A stretch of DNA of 64,000 nucleotides, taken from Leidyana gryllorum EB-2025a (lineage: Eukaryota > Protista > Apicomplexa). The stretch is taken from NCBI GenBank assembly GCA_048772705.1, contig JBLWGC010000169.1, forward strand, positions 124,001 through 188,000, written 5' to 3'. Below, piece after piece: positions 12,960 through 25,706 of this stretch. A model generated the notes under the pieces. That model did not search any database. It worked only from the letters and a program-made list of their open reading frames with translations, and had not been told where the DNA came from. A program made the translations under genes and the position numbers. Positions within the stretch are counted from its first letter, which is position 1; each line of letters begins with the position of its first letter.

Positions 12960-14554
12960 TCACACTTTGCGCGCGCTGCTGTCATGATGCGTTTTTTCCA
13001 ACTGCTTTTCGCTACTACCACTGCTGCTGTTCGAATGAGGAGGAGGGACCACGGCTAACGACTGACGAGACGATGAGGGGGGAACCATAAGAAAGGCAAA
13101 CGGGGGTTTATAACCAGTCACCTCAGGCGGTGCACAACTAACATAATTCTTCTTGGGAGCGTTCAGTGACGACGACGATGACGACGGCCGCCTCCCCTGT
13201 GATAACAACCCATTAAACGGCTCTTCCCCCAAAGGGGACTTGGGGGGCTCCGATTTCGCTTTCGCTCTCCCTTCCGTCTCCAACTCAGCTTCCACTTTCG
13301 GCTCAGTGGTTCTTAACAACGAGGAGGACTCCTCAACAGCGCCGCGGCCGCCCTCCGAAGCCGAAGCCGACGACGCTGACGAGGAGGAACAGGATGACGC
13401 CGAGGGCACACCGCCACCACCGGCCACCACCGCACCCTCCAACTCCTTCTTCACCGTCGTCGTCTCTCGGGCGGTTGCACCCACCTCGCCCAATGCTTCC
13501 TGGACAGACGGGTTGGACGCCAGTTCCACTTGACTCGCCGCCGTCCCACACTTCGGACACTGATGATGAACGTTCAGGTACTGACGGATGCATTCATTAC
13601 AAAAGGTCCAACCGCAGCACGTCACCAATTGAGGATCCGTAAAGGTCCGCTGACATATTGGGCAGAATAAATCATTGCCCTCATCATTTATATTATTGTT
13701 GTTCGGCTCCCCGGAAAGATCAACTTCAGACGCGAGAACCGCTAACTGCCCATCTGCAAAGATCATAGAATATCTGATATCGAAAGCTCAATCCCGTGCA
13801 TTGTGCGAAAATCCCAGAAGCAGCCCTCCAAGGCAGACGCACTCTCACACACTGTGTGTGTGTGTCAGTATGCGCACTTGTTTGTGCACGGTTCCGTTCG
13901 CGGAGCACTTTGTGCTCGTGCGCACACTCGCCGCACGCAGCACTTGGAGGGAGCAAGGGGGTGTTTCGCACAATGCACGATCGTCAGGAGACGAGTGGTG
14001 GTGGTAGTAAAAAACTCACTGGCCAGATGATAAACGTCATTGTACTCGTTGATCTCCGCAGGTGTGATGACCTTTAGCCACGAACGGGGTATACCAGGGG
14101 CTGCCCGTATCTTTTTAGACAGTTTGCGGCCATGTTTCTGAGGGCATAGACGTATATGGTGACCCGGTTCTCCACACATATGACATATATAAGACGATCC
14201 AACATCGAGCCGTCCACTTTGAACAGCAGCTGCCAACTGGCCACTAATCTTCGATCCTTCTTCCCTCAGATTTTTGCCGCGGACGTATCTCCGAGCCAAT
14301 GTGTCATTGTTCGCTCCAGAGCCGCTGGTCATTCCGACCGAGTTCTTGGTGCCTCCACCGGGCACTCCGAGTATCTCGCGGGGTCCCCGGTGTTCTGCGT
14401 GTTGGCTGATCACCTTCATCATTGAAGCGGTTTCCTCGTCGTCTTCATCGAGCTCGACTGCCCGCATTTTGGAGGCATTATTTCCACTCTCCGCTGCCTC
14501 TTCGCTCGAGGGCGGCGGCCCACGCTTCCGACTTGGCGGCTCCAAACCATCCAT
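12960..14554 (-). CDS. Mpe1/RBBP6-like protein (zinc knuckle + RING), no DWNN domain seen
   Basis: Zinc knuckle YICHMCGEPGHHIRLCP, APGIPRSWL motif, and RING CPICQRTFTDPQLVTCCGWTFCNECI..CPKC. Intron 13754-14019. Confidence 0.75.
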
Positions 14555-14584
14555 CACCCAAATTTTTTTCACTGATGTGTTTTC

Positions 14585-17500
14585 CTACATCCACTCCTCC
14601 GACTCCGTCCTCTGTCGCTCCGACGTCGTACCCGAGCCCGGAGAAGCTGCCTCCTCCTCCATTAAAACCGCTCCCACCGCCGTCAACGCAACACCACTCA
14701 AAGCCGATACAGCGCTACTTTTCAAACGCCATTGAACCGGTTGAACATCAGCCAACTTGTCGCACACCTGCAGTCATCATCATGTGAATCAAATGCACGC
14801 AATCCACAATCCAATCCGATCCGATGAACACTCGATGCACTCTCGATGCACTCAATGTAACCCACAATGGGTGAGATATAATTACTCAATCACTCAATTA
14901 CCCGATTACCCGATTACCACTCACTCGACGCAACACGGATTTCAGCAGCGTCTTTTGTCTCTCAGTGCGACACAGAGGGCCAAAGGCCATCAGCACATTG
15001 CCCGTTGGCGCCTGCCAGTCGTCTCTCCGTCGTTTTCCAAAGAGATCAAAGACCCGTTCGATCAAATGCTGTTCTCCACTCGTCAACTTTTGACGCGTCC
15101 ATTCAGTCGGCTCCCAGCAGTCAGTGTCTCTCAAGCGCTCCTCCAATTCGGCAAACGACCACAAACTCGCCGCTGATGACCTGTCGGGTCCCCCGAGCAG
15201 TCCCGCAGCCGCCGCAGCCGGAGTATCGGCTGGCCGTCCAGCCAGCCCACTCTTCCCAGTCCAAGTCGGCACCTCGAACCCAAAGGCGCGCCGATTTCGC
15301 TCCGAGTCTCGCAGAGCCGTCAACGCGCTTCTCACATAAGAGGGCTGAGAACCACTCCCAGCCGCCCCACTCGCAGCTTCGCGTAACAGCTCAGAGTGCG
15401 CTTGGACGTGGTCGACCTTTCCGCTTGAGAACAGCAATCTCAGCAAACTCTCATTCTCGTTGCCCCCAGACGGAGAAGTATCTCCTCCACCCGGCTGCGC
15501 ACTCTCACACTCACTCTCACTGCTGCTCTCATCTTCGGTTGCAGAGGCGTAATTGGCAGTCGGAGCCGAGATGGGCGACACTGGAGACTTTCGTCTCATC
15601 AACTCACGTGAAAGTCTCTGCCGGCTGCCCACTTCATCGTCCTCGGGTTCCGTGAGTTCGCCCTCTTCGTCTTCTTCAGCGGCGACGTCACGGCCTCGTT
15701 TCTTGGACGGCGGAGAAGAGCACTCAATGAGTGGGGAGGATTGAAGAGCCTCCGGGGCCGAAGTCAGTCGATCCGCCGCCAATGGGCTTCCAGTGGCGTC
15801 CTTCGTCCTCGACGCTGCCTGATTGTGGCTTTGGGTAACGGCTCGTGCGACGTCCAACAAGTGTTTGGCTCGATCGCCCCCCGTTCCACTCCCGGTCGCT
15901 GTGCTCTGCTGACGGGCGAAGGCTTTGGTGAAAACAGCTCGCAGTCGCGCGGGTAATTGTGCCGACTGCAAAGCACTCTCAACCTCTTTGGGAGCGGGTG
16001 GGAAGGCGAATAGGTCCAAAAAGTCATTCGCCTTGAACACCCGATGGATCTGATTGTCGGCCAATACTCGCTCTGACAAAAAGTATTTGAATATCTGACG
16101 CTTGTAAATCTTCTCCTCCAGTGTCCCACGTGTTAACAGTCGATACACCGTCACCTCCTTATCCTGACCAATCCGCCAGGCACGCTCTTGGGCTTGGGCA
16201 TCCACTGTGGGGTTCCAGTCGGGATCAAAAATGATCACGCGAGTCGCCCCAACCAGATTCAGTCCGAGACCGCCCACACGAGTCGTCAGCAGTAAAAGCT
16301 CCAGACTGGGATCCGAGTTGAACTGCTCCACTATCTTCAGCCGACTTGGGATAGGTGTCAAACCATCTAACCGCAGAAAAGAGTATCCCTCCGCTGCCAC
16401 CATTGATTGAATTATGTCCAACACCTGAATCGTTTGACTAAATACCAAACACTTGTGACCGCCTTCTTTCCAAGCCTTCAGAACATCTTTCAGCACCAAT
16501 AACTTCCCCGAACGACCCGGGTTACCGACATCCGGGGGCCAGCGGTCCTGCTCGATTTGCAACAAAAGCAAATCAGGATGATTGCAAATCTTCGATAACA
16601 CCGAAATGTACCACAGACTCTTCGTCTGCAAAGATGAAGACGAAGGGTCGTCATTCCGCCGACGCCGCCCACGACGGGTGCTGCGTCTTTGCGCATTCAA
16701 CAGAGCCGAAGATACATTTGCCTCCACATTGTGAGCTATCAGGAAATCTGCATATATTTGGTACTGAGCCATCGTCAGCGGGCACACTATCATCTGCTCG
16801 TTCTTGCTCGGAAGGGCCAAACCTCCACCTTCCTCCCGCAGCAGCTCAAGCTTCGTACGCCGAATCATATGCGGACACACCAACGACCGCAAAAGGGCCA
16901 CACATTGTTGAGCTCTCAACGAACTACGCAAAGTGCTCTGAAACCGACAATAGATTGATTCATTTCGCGCCCAAAATACACCCACACACGTGTGTGCTCG
17001 GAGACACACAATGTGCTCGGAACACACGGTGTGCTCGGAACACACGGTGTGCCGCCAGCACTTCGAACTTTGGTGGAAAAAGCTCCCTTCGTTTACGAAG
17101 ACTGCTCACCTTAGTGATGGGGTCTGCAAAATGCTCATTGAACACCGGCAGCGTTCCCAGTTTGCCCGGAGAAATAAAGTCGAAGACACTCCAAAACTCT
17201 TTCAGATCATTCTGTATGGGTGATCCAGACAGCAGGATACGATGCTTGACTTTGAGTCGTTTGACCGCTTGAGTTACCAAGGCATCAGGATTTCGAATCT
17301 TTTGCCCCTCGTCCAGAATCACATAGAACCAATCGAACTCCGCGAAGAACTTTAGCTTCGTCCGCACTGACTCATACGTGGTTATGAACACTCCCCCATC
17401 CATGACACTATTTTTCAACTTGGTCTTGCGTGACCCTGCAGCATCCATTCTGCCCGGTCCATGAAGGATGGTCACGCGCAGGAGAGGATAGAAGCGATCA

Positions 17501-18574
17501 AACTCGTCTCGCCACTGCGTCAACAGAGTCGCAGGACACACTATCAGTATGGCTTTAAGGGGAATGTCCCACAGTTTGCCAGCGAAGGCGTGGAGTCTGA
17601 GCCCTTCTTCGCGCTCCAGGAGCGTCTGGGCCCCCGGCTCTTGCAGGTCAACCACTGAAGTCGCCACTTGTTCGGATACTCTCTCGATTCTCGGTCTGTT
17701 GCCTCCTTGGACGAGCGGTCCATTGACGAAGAGTGCCGCAATGAAGGCAATAACTTGCACAGTCTTACCCAGCCCCATTTCGTCAGCGACAAGAGCCCCC
17801 ATGTTCTCTTTGAACATTTGCCATAAGAATGACAGTCCAATCTAAAGAGGGAGCACAGAGCATCATTTGTCAAAATCACATTCAATGAGAGAAAGCGCAA
17901 CACACCCTTTGATGAGGAAATAGACAGCTTGCGATACAGGTGGGTAGGTCAATAGCATCGACTTCGTCTGCAGCATTATCCCTGTCTTCGACCTCAAACT
18001 CCGAGAGATCTGTACAGAAGGTGTCTATAGCCACCCCGCTTTCCAATATAAGAGCGGCAGAGCGTTTGGCCAATCTCAGCTCAAAATCAATTAATGCATA
18101 ATCGTCTCTTCTGTCGGTTGTGACTGCCTTGCGCTCTCCCTCGGGCTCTATTCGCCGTCGTTTCCTCGCTGAGGGGCCGCCGTGGCCTTCATTTGGGTCA
18201 CCACGTATCTGAATATCGTCGGCTGTGATAACGAGATTGTTTGTGGCTTCCGGAGCCGGTGGCACCACATAAGTGGTAAGTTCAGATGCATCGTTATCCT
18301 GCGATGATTGCTGTTGTTGGAGGCGAGAGATGGTCTCTAAGCAATGTTCTCTTTCGCGACGGAGTGCGTCTGCATTCTCTTGGGTGACTGTGGCGGCCTG
18401 GATATCGGCCTCTAACTTAGCTACTCTGACAGCCAACTGTGATAGTTGCAGCTCGCGTCGTCCAGTTTCAGCGGCGGCCTGCGAGTACACAGTTTACGTA
18501 TCACGGTGATATTGGACCTAACCGACCTGTTTGAACAATTCCGTGGTGGTGACCTGGACCCCATCAGGAAGCAT
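14585..18574 (-). CDS. ERCC6: ERCC6/CSB/Rad26 SNF2-family ATPase, multi-exon
   Basis: ADEMGLGKT, ILDEGQKIRN, LSGSPIQN, LLTTRVGGLGLNL, FDPDWNP and QAQERAWRIGQ. The C-terminal winged-helix-like LLKSVLRR|VCDKL..WRLK is completed by a last exon at 14585-14769. Confidence 0.9.
16990..17052. repeat. 18-bp minisatellite, ~3 copies, in ERCC6 intron 16938-17109
   Basis: gtgctcgga(g/a)acacac(aa/gg)t repeated. Confidence 0.85.
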
Positions 18575-18584
18575 CAAAAAAATA

Positions 18585-19436
18585 TCAGGCAGTGTTGGGT
18601 GACCGCGAGCCGCGGTCAATCAGAGGTTCCCAGACTCCAGCGTTCATGTTATCAACTTCAGCGGCCAGCTCCGGCCTTGAAGTCATTGGTGGCACTGTGC
18701 TGGAGCCTGAGACTTCCGATGCATTGCTGTAGGTTCGATGCTGTTCAGAGGACTCGTATTCGTTGTCTGGTCGGTTATTATCCATCTGAAGGGGTGAGTG
18801 CGTAGATCTTTGCTTCATTCTGCGCATTCTGCTCACCTTGAGCCGTCTCTTCATTCCGGGGAAGAAGTGTAACAAAAACATCAGTAGCACCATAGCGCCG
18901 ACCACCACATAATACAGTGCCGCGGCTATCTTGTATTTGAAACTCGTTCGGTCTGATGGTTGACAGATGAGTGACACCAACAGTTACTTACTCATGCACT
19001 CCGTAGTTACGGCCACCGCGTCATTACACTGTGCTGCAAAATGGTGTCTGCAGGCCCCAGCCGTGCATTTGGAACAGGCATAATCCGATGGCAGTAATAT
19101 CTGCAGTAAAGGTAGCCTAAACAGACCTCACGATCGACCGATCGACCATCTGGCACTCATTCACCACACGCACACACTCACCACACACACACACTCACTA
19201 CAAATACACAAGCACACACAAGCACACACAAGCACACACTGGCACACACTGGCACACACTGGCACACACACAGAGGCAGGGGTGGGCGTTTGAATAATGA
19301 ACTTACGGTCAGCTCCTCTCGACTCTCATCACACGAACATCGACACAGGTCACCTATTTTTGTTGTCAAGTGAGAAAGCTACAGCAGAGTGTGTTTGTGA
19401 GTGGCATACCAAAGTCCTGAAAGCGGGTATATTCAT
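18585..19436 (-). CDS. Small single-pass membrane protein with Cys-rich ectodomain
   Basis: Spliced reading LCRCSCDESREELT|ILLPSDYACSKCTAGACRHHFAAQCNDAVAVTTECM|..TM helix IAAALYYVVVGAMVLLMFLLHFF. The start codon is uncertain. Confidence 0.5.
19160..19272. repeat. CA-rich microsatellite with 10-bp units, intronic
   Basis: cacacaagca and cacacactgg units in tandem. Confidence 0.85.
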
Positions 19437-19573
19437 GGATCGATTGATGGTAGGCGGCTCACAGCAAGAAAGCAGGGTGTCAGGAGGAGAAGTAGGGGTA
19501 GACGCATATAGGAAGTGGTAATTATTTTGTGCAGGAGCGGGTGTGGGGAAGATCATAATTGGATGTCTCTTTC

Positions 19574-22462
19574 TCAAAGGGGATATCGTTCGTCCACGGC
19601 TGTTGCGGGCAGGGGAAAAGTAGTCTCTGGTTGGTTGGCAGGCGGGGATGGCTGGAGAATATGAGATGGAAACCATCCCTGCCGAGAACGGTCGTGCGCT
19701 AGGCGTCCGTATGTCCACCGGTCTTTGGGTGCGGTTGCGAGAATCTCAACGGGTGTTCCCTCGTCTATGTACAGAAGTGTACTGCTGTTGTCCTTCTGCT
19801 GCTGCTGCTGCGGCTGCGTGGCCGCGTCCCCGTACCAACTCCGTAGCGTCCGCCGCACAACAACGTCTTCGTCCACAACCAGTACTGGCAAACTGTTCCC
19901 CTGGGTTGAGAGCATTGACTCCACCTGCTGCAAGAGTTGATCCCGCACACTCGGGGCCAACTGCCACAACAGGTTCGGGTCACACACATTCGATGTAACG
20001 CCAGTCCCCAACTCTAACTCCACAGTCTCTCGCCACTCCGGCGCCGCCACTTGACTCTCCAACGCACGTATCCGTGCTTCCACAGATGTTCGCGCCTCAC
20101 TCGCAGCCGCGGGCTGCAGCACGTTCCGGTAACTTAATCCAATTGCTTTCGCTGCCGGAGCAGCCACAGCCGCAGGCGACGACTCCGCAGCCGCCATAGT
20201 CGTACTCGTCCGCGACCATGCATTGTTCACATTGTTGTTCGTATTGGTGGTGCTGCTGCTGCTGTTGGCAGTCGGGGGCTGGGATGCAGCGGTCGTAGTC
20301 GAGGAAGCGGTCGTCCCATTCGTGTGGCTCAGCATACTTGGACCACCTGCTTGAGGTGGCGGCTTCATTGATGGAGGCGCGGCCAGTGGCTGCTCAACAG
20401 CTTGCGTCGAGGAGGTCGCCTTGGCTAACAAATCATCTGGGGCCTCCGTCGACTCTCCCCCCGTGTCGCCGGCCTTGTTCGTCCCTCCCCCAGCCACAAT
20501 CCCCAGGTCTCCGTAAATGTCCTCGGTAACCACGTATGACAAGTCTTCGTTCTCCTCAATCAGTGGCTTCAGTATGTCTTTCAACTCTGCTAAAGCCTCT
20601 AACAACGCACTAACAGACTCGCCTCCTGCCTCCTCCTCACTGCCATCATCATCAGTACCACTATTTTCCCCCCGATCGCCCTCATCTAAACCGGTAGCTT
20701 GTGCGCAAACCTGAACATCATCAAAAGTCACGACGTAAAAGTAAAGCGCGCGCACTCACTGTGATCGTATTATTCCGTATCCCTCGCAGAAATTCGTCTA
20801 ATCTCTTTGCGTGAGCCGAATATAGTGCAGCAGCCTCTGTCAATCGCACCAGCCTCGAATTCTGCAATAAAAACAGGTCAGCCCTAGATCAAACCTCCAC
20901 CCAATGCCTCAAATCGCCGTATCACCCGCCGCGAAACACCCGGAGCAACAGTCATAAACAAAAGAGGCCTTCGCACACACGTGTGCGGCAGCCACAATTA
21001 TCCACCGTCTGCTCCGACAAGGAGACAAAATCACCAGACGCAGCACGGATCGATATTGGAAACGAATAAATCCCCAACCAGTCACCGGACAGATCACGGA
21101 CACGGACTGTGACAAAAAAGTGTGACCATCGTTCTCATTCATCATTCTGATGAGTGGGCGGACACTGGATAACGAACGACAGATAACAGTCACCGTACAG
21201 TCATTGCATCTTGCAATGGAGGGAGGGTGAAAACTGCCACTTGCACATTCATTCACACACCACAGCGGCGAAACAAGCACAATTCACACAGCTGGGGGGC
21301 AAATATGAACAGATAGTCGACACAGCAGACGATGGATTGCGGGGACTGACATGGTGCATGATGGATGACTGAACCTCTCATACACACCGGGACACTCGTC
21401 GTCGATCTGTCACAACTTGTTGAGCCCGGCCAACAATCCCTCTCCTGCCCATCATCAGTCAGAGAGACCTTTCCTTCCGCCTGCGGGGGGGGACGACCCC
21501 GGACCAGCGACCAGAATGGACAGAAGAGGTTCCGACTGAAGGCACTAAAGTGGCAATGACAGTGTGCAGCGGCGACGAAAGCGTCACGACTGACTCTCAC
21601 TTCACAGTCACATCACCGACACACACACAGCAAATATATGATCAACGTCATCGGACCATGAGCGCAGGAGTGCGTGTGTGTGTGACATCGTCAAATGAAC
21701 ATCACTTGCCGGGCAGTCGGGTGATCAACGGCAGGGGGCAACGGATCAATGGCGGCGAATGATTTGAGAGTACAGATTGTGGGATGAGAAAGGATGCTCG
21801 CTCATCGGCCACGAATCATTGTTGATTGCCCATTGATCATAGAATTTACGGCTTGTCGAGCGTACCTGTTCCGACTTGCGGTTGATTGCTTCGATTTCAG
21901 CAGTGAATTGATCGGATTTGTCTCTTAAGCGCTCAATGTATTCCTGCATCCACTGAATGACGTCTTTGAACTTGGAGGCTTGTTCGTTCTCTGTGTCTTC
22001 GCTGGAGACTCCTCTGAGGAAGTAGACTTTGCCTCTGCGGTGTCTGACTTCAATTTCCTTCTTGGCGTCAAGTAGGTTTTCACGAGTGAATCCAGTTTGT
22101 CTGATTTCGGCGTTGAGGAGGTCTATGATGTGTTGTCGGCTTCTATATACCTTCTTCATGAGGTTTTCAAGTTCATTTTTGAGTTTCTCTTTGGCCTCAG
22201 TGACTTGTCGCTCACTCATGTTAGATATATCGACTGTTATATATGATGGGTAGGTGGTGGTCTTCTTGGGTTTGAGGCCCGGTAGTTGTAGTGGCTCAGG
22301 GCACATGGACTTGATGACGCCACCCTCAAGTGTGGCCCAATCTGGGTTGGCTGTGGCTTCGTTGTAGGATTTCAGTTCTCGCCATTTGACATCATAGGTC
22401 TGCATATTGGTCTGCGCTTCGCGGAGACATTTCTCGATATCTTGAGCCAACCGTTTTGACAT
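19574..22462 (-). CDS. Not3/Not5 N-terminal-domain protein with C-terminal SH3-like domain
   Basis: Exon 1 MSKRLAQDIEKCLREA..KEKLKNELENLMKK..LLDAKKEIE..WMQEYIERL resembles the Not3 N-terminus. Introns are 20862-21865 and 20711-20759. The last exon has EDIYGDL and the SH3 signature LLYIDEGTPVEIL..WTYGRL..QGWFPSHIL. Confidence 0.7.
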
Positions 22463-22657
22463 ATTATTGAGGGTCAGTCAGTGGTCAATCAATCAGTCCG
22501 TCTGGCTGTCCTGTCCTGTCCTGTCCTCGTGTGAATGTCCGTCCCTCTTGGACACGTGGCTGTGGGTCACTCCTCCTCTGCCTGATTCCGCCGCCTGCAG
22601 TGGCGATATATTGACTCCAGGGTGTGGCAAAACGTACTAAGTTTTTTCCAGCTGTGG

Positions 22658-25397
22658 TCAAAGCTCTCTGGAAGAGGTCGACTGCAAATACCCGTAGTGA
22701 TGTCCAGTGGATATATATACGCCCCGACTGCCATCACTCCCCACTCTCTTAAGTTGTTCGTGGTGGTACAGCTGTCTCCGTCCTCCGCCGCCTCCTCCGC
22801 CCCCGCCTGAGGCCCCATTCCCACTCCGGTGGGTATATGGCAACTGCCAATCGACGTATGTGAGCTGCTGGGCTGGCAGCATTGGTTTCCGTGTCACTTG
22901 GATCTGTCTGGGAGTCTGGGCTTGTTGATATACGGACGGCCTATTCTGTACATAAGCTGCAGCGGCTGCTGAGGCCGAAGTTTCTCTTCGTGGTTGTTGT
23001 GGCAGTAAGGCATAGGCTTCCGGTGAGGGTATAATGGAGGTGTTCCGTCGAGATCCGTTGGTGGATTTGGTCGTTAAAATCTGTGTGCCGTCGTCTATGA
23101 GTTCACAGGTTCCGTCGTCGTCCCCAGCGGCGTAAATGTGATACGCTGCCGCCGAGTACTCATCCGGATGACCTGTCGCCTGTCGCATCGTAGTCGCTGG
23201 ATAGTGATGTTCAGCCGGGATTTGGTGCAACCGCTTTGCCGCCGCCACAGCCGCCGGGTGATGGATCGCCATTACCCGTTGACGATATCGATACTGCGGC
23301 TGCTCAGCCGCCATTAGCGCCTGGTGGGGCTGTGGCTGCGCCTGAGGGGGGAGTAAAGCCAAGTTGGTGGCGTACAGTCGCGGAGGGGTCTGATCCCCGC
23401 CATTTGTGGGGTCGCCGACCATCTCAATCTGCTGAGGAGGCGCCGACAGGCACTCAATGTACTGCGCGGGCCCAACATATTGGCCTCCGCCGTCACTGCG
23501 GATGTACACTCGAGCCGTTGGACCGTTGCCGTCGCCCCAGTCGCCTTCGATGACTTCATACTGCGGCGGAAGCGGTGGAGGCGGAGGCTCTGGTTCGGCC
23601 TCGAGCATCAAGAGACGCTGATTTTGGGGACCTCCCGGCGTGGTGGCGGTATAATACGCGGCACTGTATCGACTCGGCTGTGGAGACAAAATCTCTCCTC
23701 CGGGCGGGGGGGGCTCATCAGCCATATGCAAGGCGGACCCGCCGCCTCCACGGCTGGGACGACCGCCAGTGGGTATCCGACTCCGAAGAACAGTACTGCC
23801 CATCGCTGCGGCAGCCGGGGTGCCGGGGGCCCGTTTCCAAACGATCTCGTTTCCCCAATTCGTCGCCCGGTGGCCTTCACTCGGTGATCTCTCACTGAGT
23901 CGTTGTTCGACCTCTGCCACGGGCTGGATGGGCAGTGACGTTGAACTAAAGTTGCTCGCGTCGTCTCCCGCCTCCATCATCCCTCCGTCATCCGCTGCGA
24001 GATACTGCGAGCGCTCAAACTGAGAACCCGCTTGCGACTGTCCGTAAGGATCATAACGAGAACTCGGATGATCGGCCCACTGCGGCTGCGGCTGCTGCTG
24101 CGGGTAACGAGGTGGGGGCGGCGGCTGATATTGAGCGCCTGTCGTCGTCGTCGTCGTCTCGGGATACCGTCGGTGCCGTATGTACTGTATGGGCGGTGGT
24201 ACTGCTCCCCCGACTCCACCACCGCCGCCCGGCTGACGTATGGTGTAGAAGGGGGGGGCCGGGGCTGAAGTTAGTGGTGGGGGCGGCTGATGACGGGGTC
24301 GGACCTGTAACATTTGTGGAGCTGCGGCCATTTGCTTTGGTGGCGCAGCATTGTCGTCAGACGAGTCGATATAGCCTCCGCCTCCCCCGCCGTGATGCAC
24401 GGGCGTTCCCGGTTCGGTGAAAGTTCGGCCGTGGATCATTCGTTCTGGGGGTAGTTGGGAGGCGTTTTGGTGATTGTGGTGGAGCCGTCCAATGAGTTCT
24501 CGGGAAGATCCGCTCGATAGAGTTTCTAATTCGTACTCGCGGACTTGGACGATGACGCTGCCGTCCTCTTCGCTGTCGCTGCCGAAGCGAACTTTCTTTC
24601 TTTCGAGCCCACTGACAGTGCGGCAGGACTCGGAGCGCGTGGAGCGGGGGTGACGAAAACCCGTATGGACACTGCGAACTGGCTGCAAACGCTGCGGGTT
24701 GGGAGTTTGGGATCCACGACGTTTGTAACGCCCCGAGAAATTGACAAAGCACGCGGTCGGGCTGAACTGAGGCAGCGCTCTGTGGACGAGCGGCGAGCTA
24801 CTGATACTGCCTGCGTGTTCATTGCCACTGCTGTGGACCCCGTCGCTGTGGACGACAATCTCGTCATCAGCACTGGCGACCGATCCGCTTCGACTGCGTG
24901 GGACAAATTGATGGACAGGCTGAAATTGCTGCGGTGGTTGTTGTTGATCGCCTTTGAGGATGGATACTGGCACTGGCACAGGCGGCTGTGGCGGTCCACT
25001 CTGCTGCTGAGCGGCTAAAAACGAGGTACGGGCGGCCGTCCGGGCGGCCGTCGTGGCGTCTACGCGTGAATGAGGTGGGGTCAGGAGGCCATCTATTGGG
25101 GCTGACGGAATCGTGGCCAGTGGGATCTGTTTGCGCTTAGCGGCAGCCCCACTGGCGGAACTGTCGGTTTCAGTTTCGACATAGCTGCTGTTCTCCGCGC
25201 CTGTTGTCGAAGTACCTGATGGACTAGAGGGAAGCATAATGGTTTGGCGCCTGTTGTTGTTTTGGTTTGATAAAAATGGGCAAAGGAGAAGATGGCCAAG
25301 CAAGTGCACTCACTGACGTAGGTGGTGGGTTTGGCGTTTGTTCGCCGCGTCTGGATCGAGTCGGATGCCCGCGGGCGATGTTGCCGGAGGCTTCATC
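22658..25397 (-). CDS. Large Pro/Gln-rich disordered protein with RVxF-type motif
   Basis: 883-codon ORF (22658-25309) containing RKKVRF..VREYE. A short upstream exon ending at a GTGAGT donor is possible, so the start is uncertain. Confidence 0.6.
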
Positions 25398-25706
25398 CTG
25401 ATTGGCGGCTGCAAGAGAACCAAACGCCGTTTGCGGACGCTTTTGCGAACGTGTCTCAGCTGCTGGCCGTGTTGTGCCACCGTAGCCTCAAGGAAACAGC
25501 ATCACAATACTGCGATCGTTTTCCAGAGAAACAGCTGACTTGGCTACCACAAAGGCACTCACTTGTGGGGCTCACAAACACTTTTTGAGTACCTTGGGAC
25601 AGCCGGCCGGCCGTCGGCGCGAGTGCTCGTCGCTCACGATCTGCAACACAAATTGAAAGGCTCAAAAATAAAGAAACCTATACACCATGAACCTCTGAAC
25701 CAAAAC

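Noticed and set aside
21147-21185. Hammerhead ribozyme core (ctgatgag)
   Set aside because: No GAAA after a stem II and no compatible stems I/III are visible.
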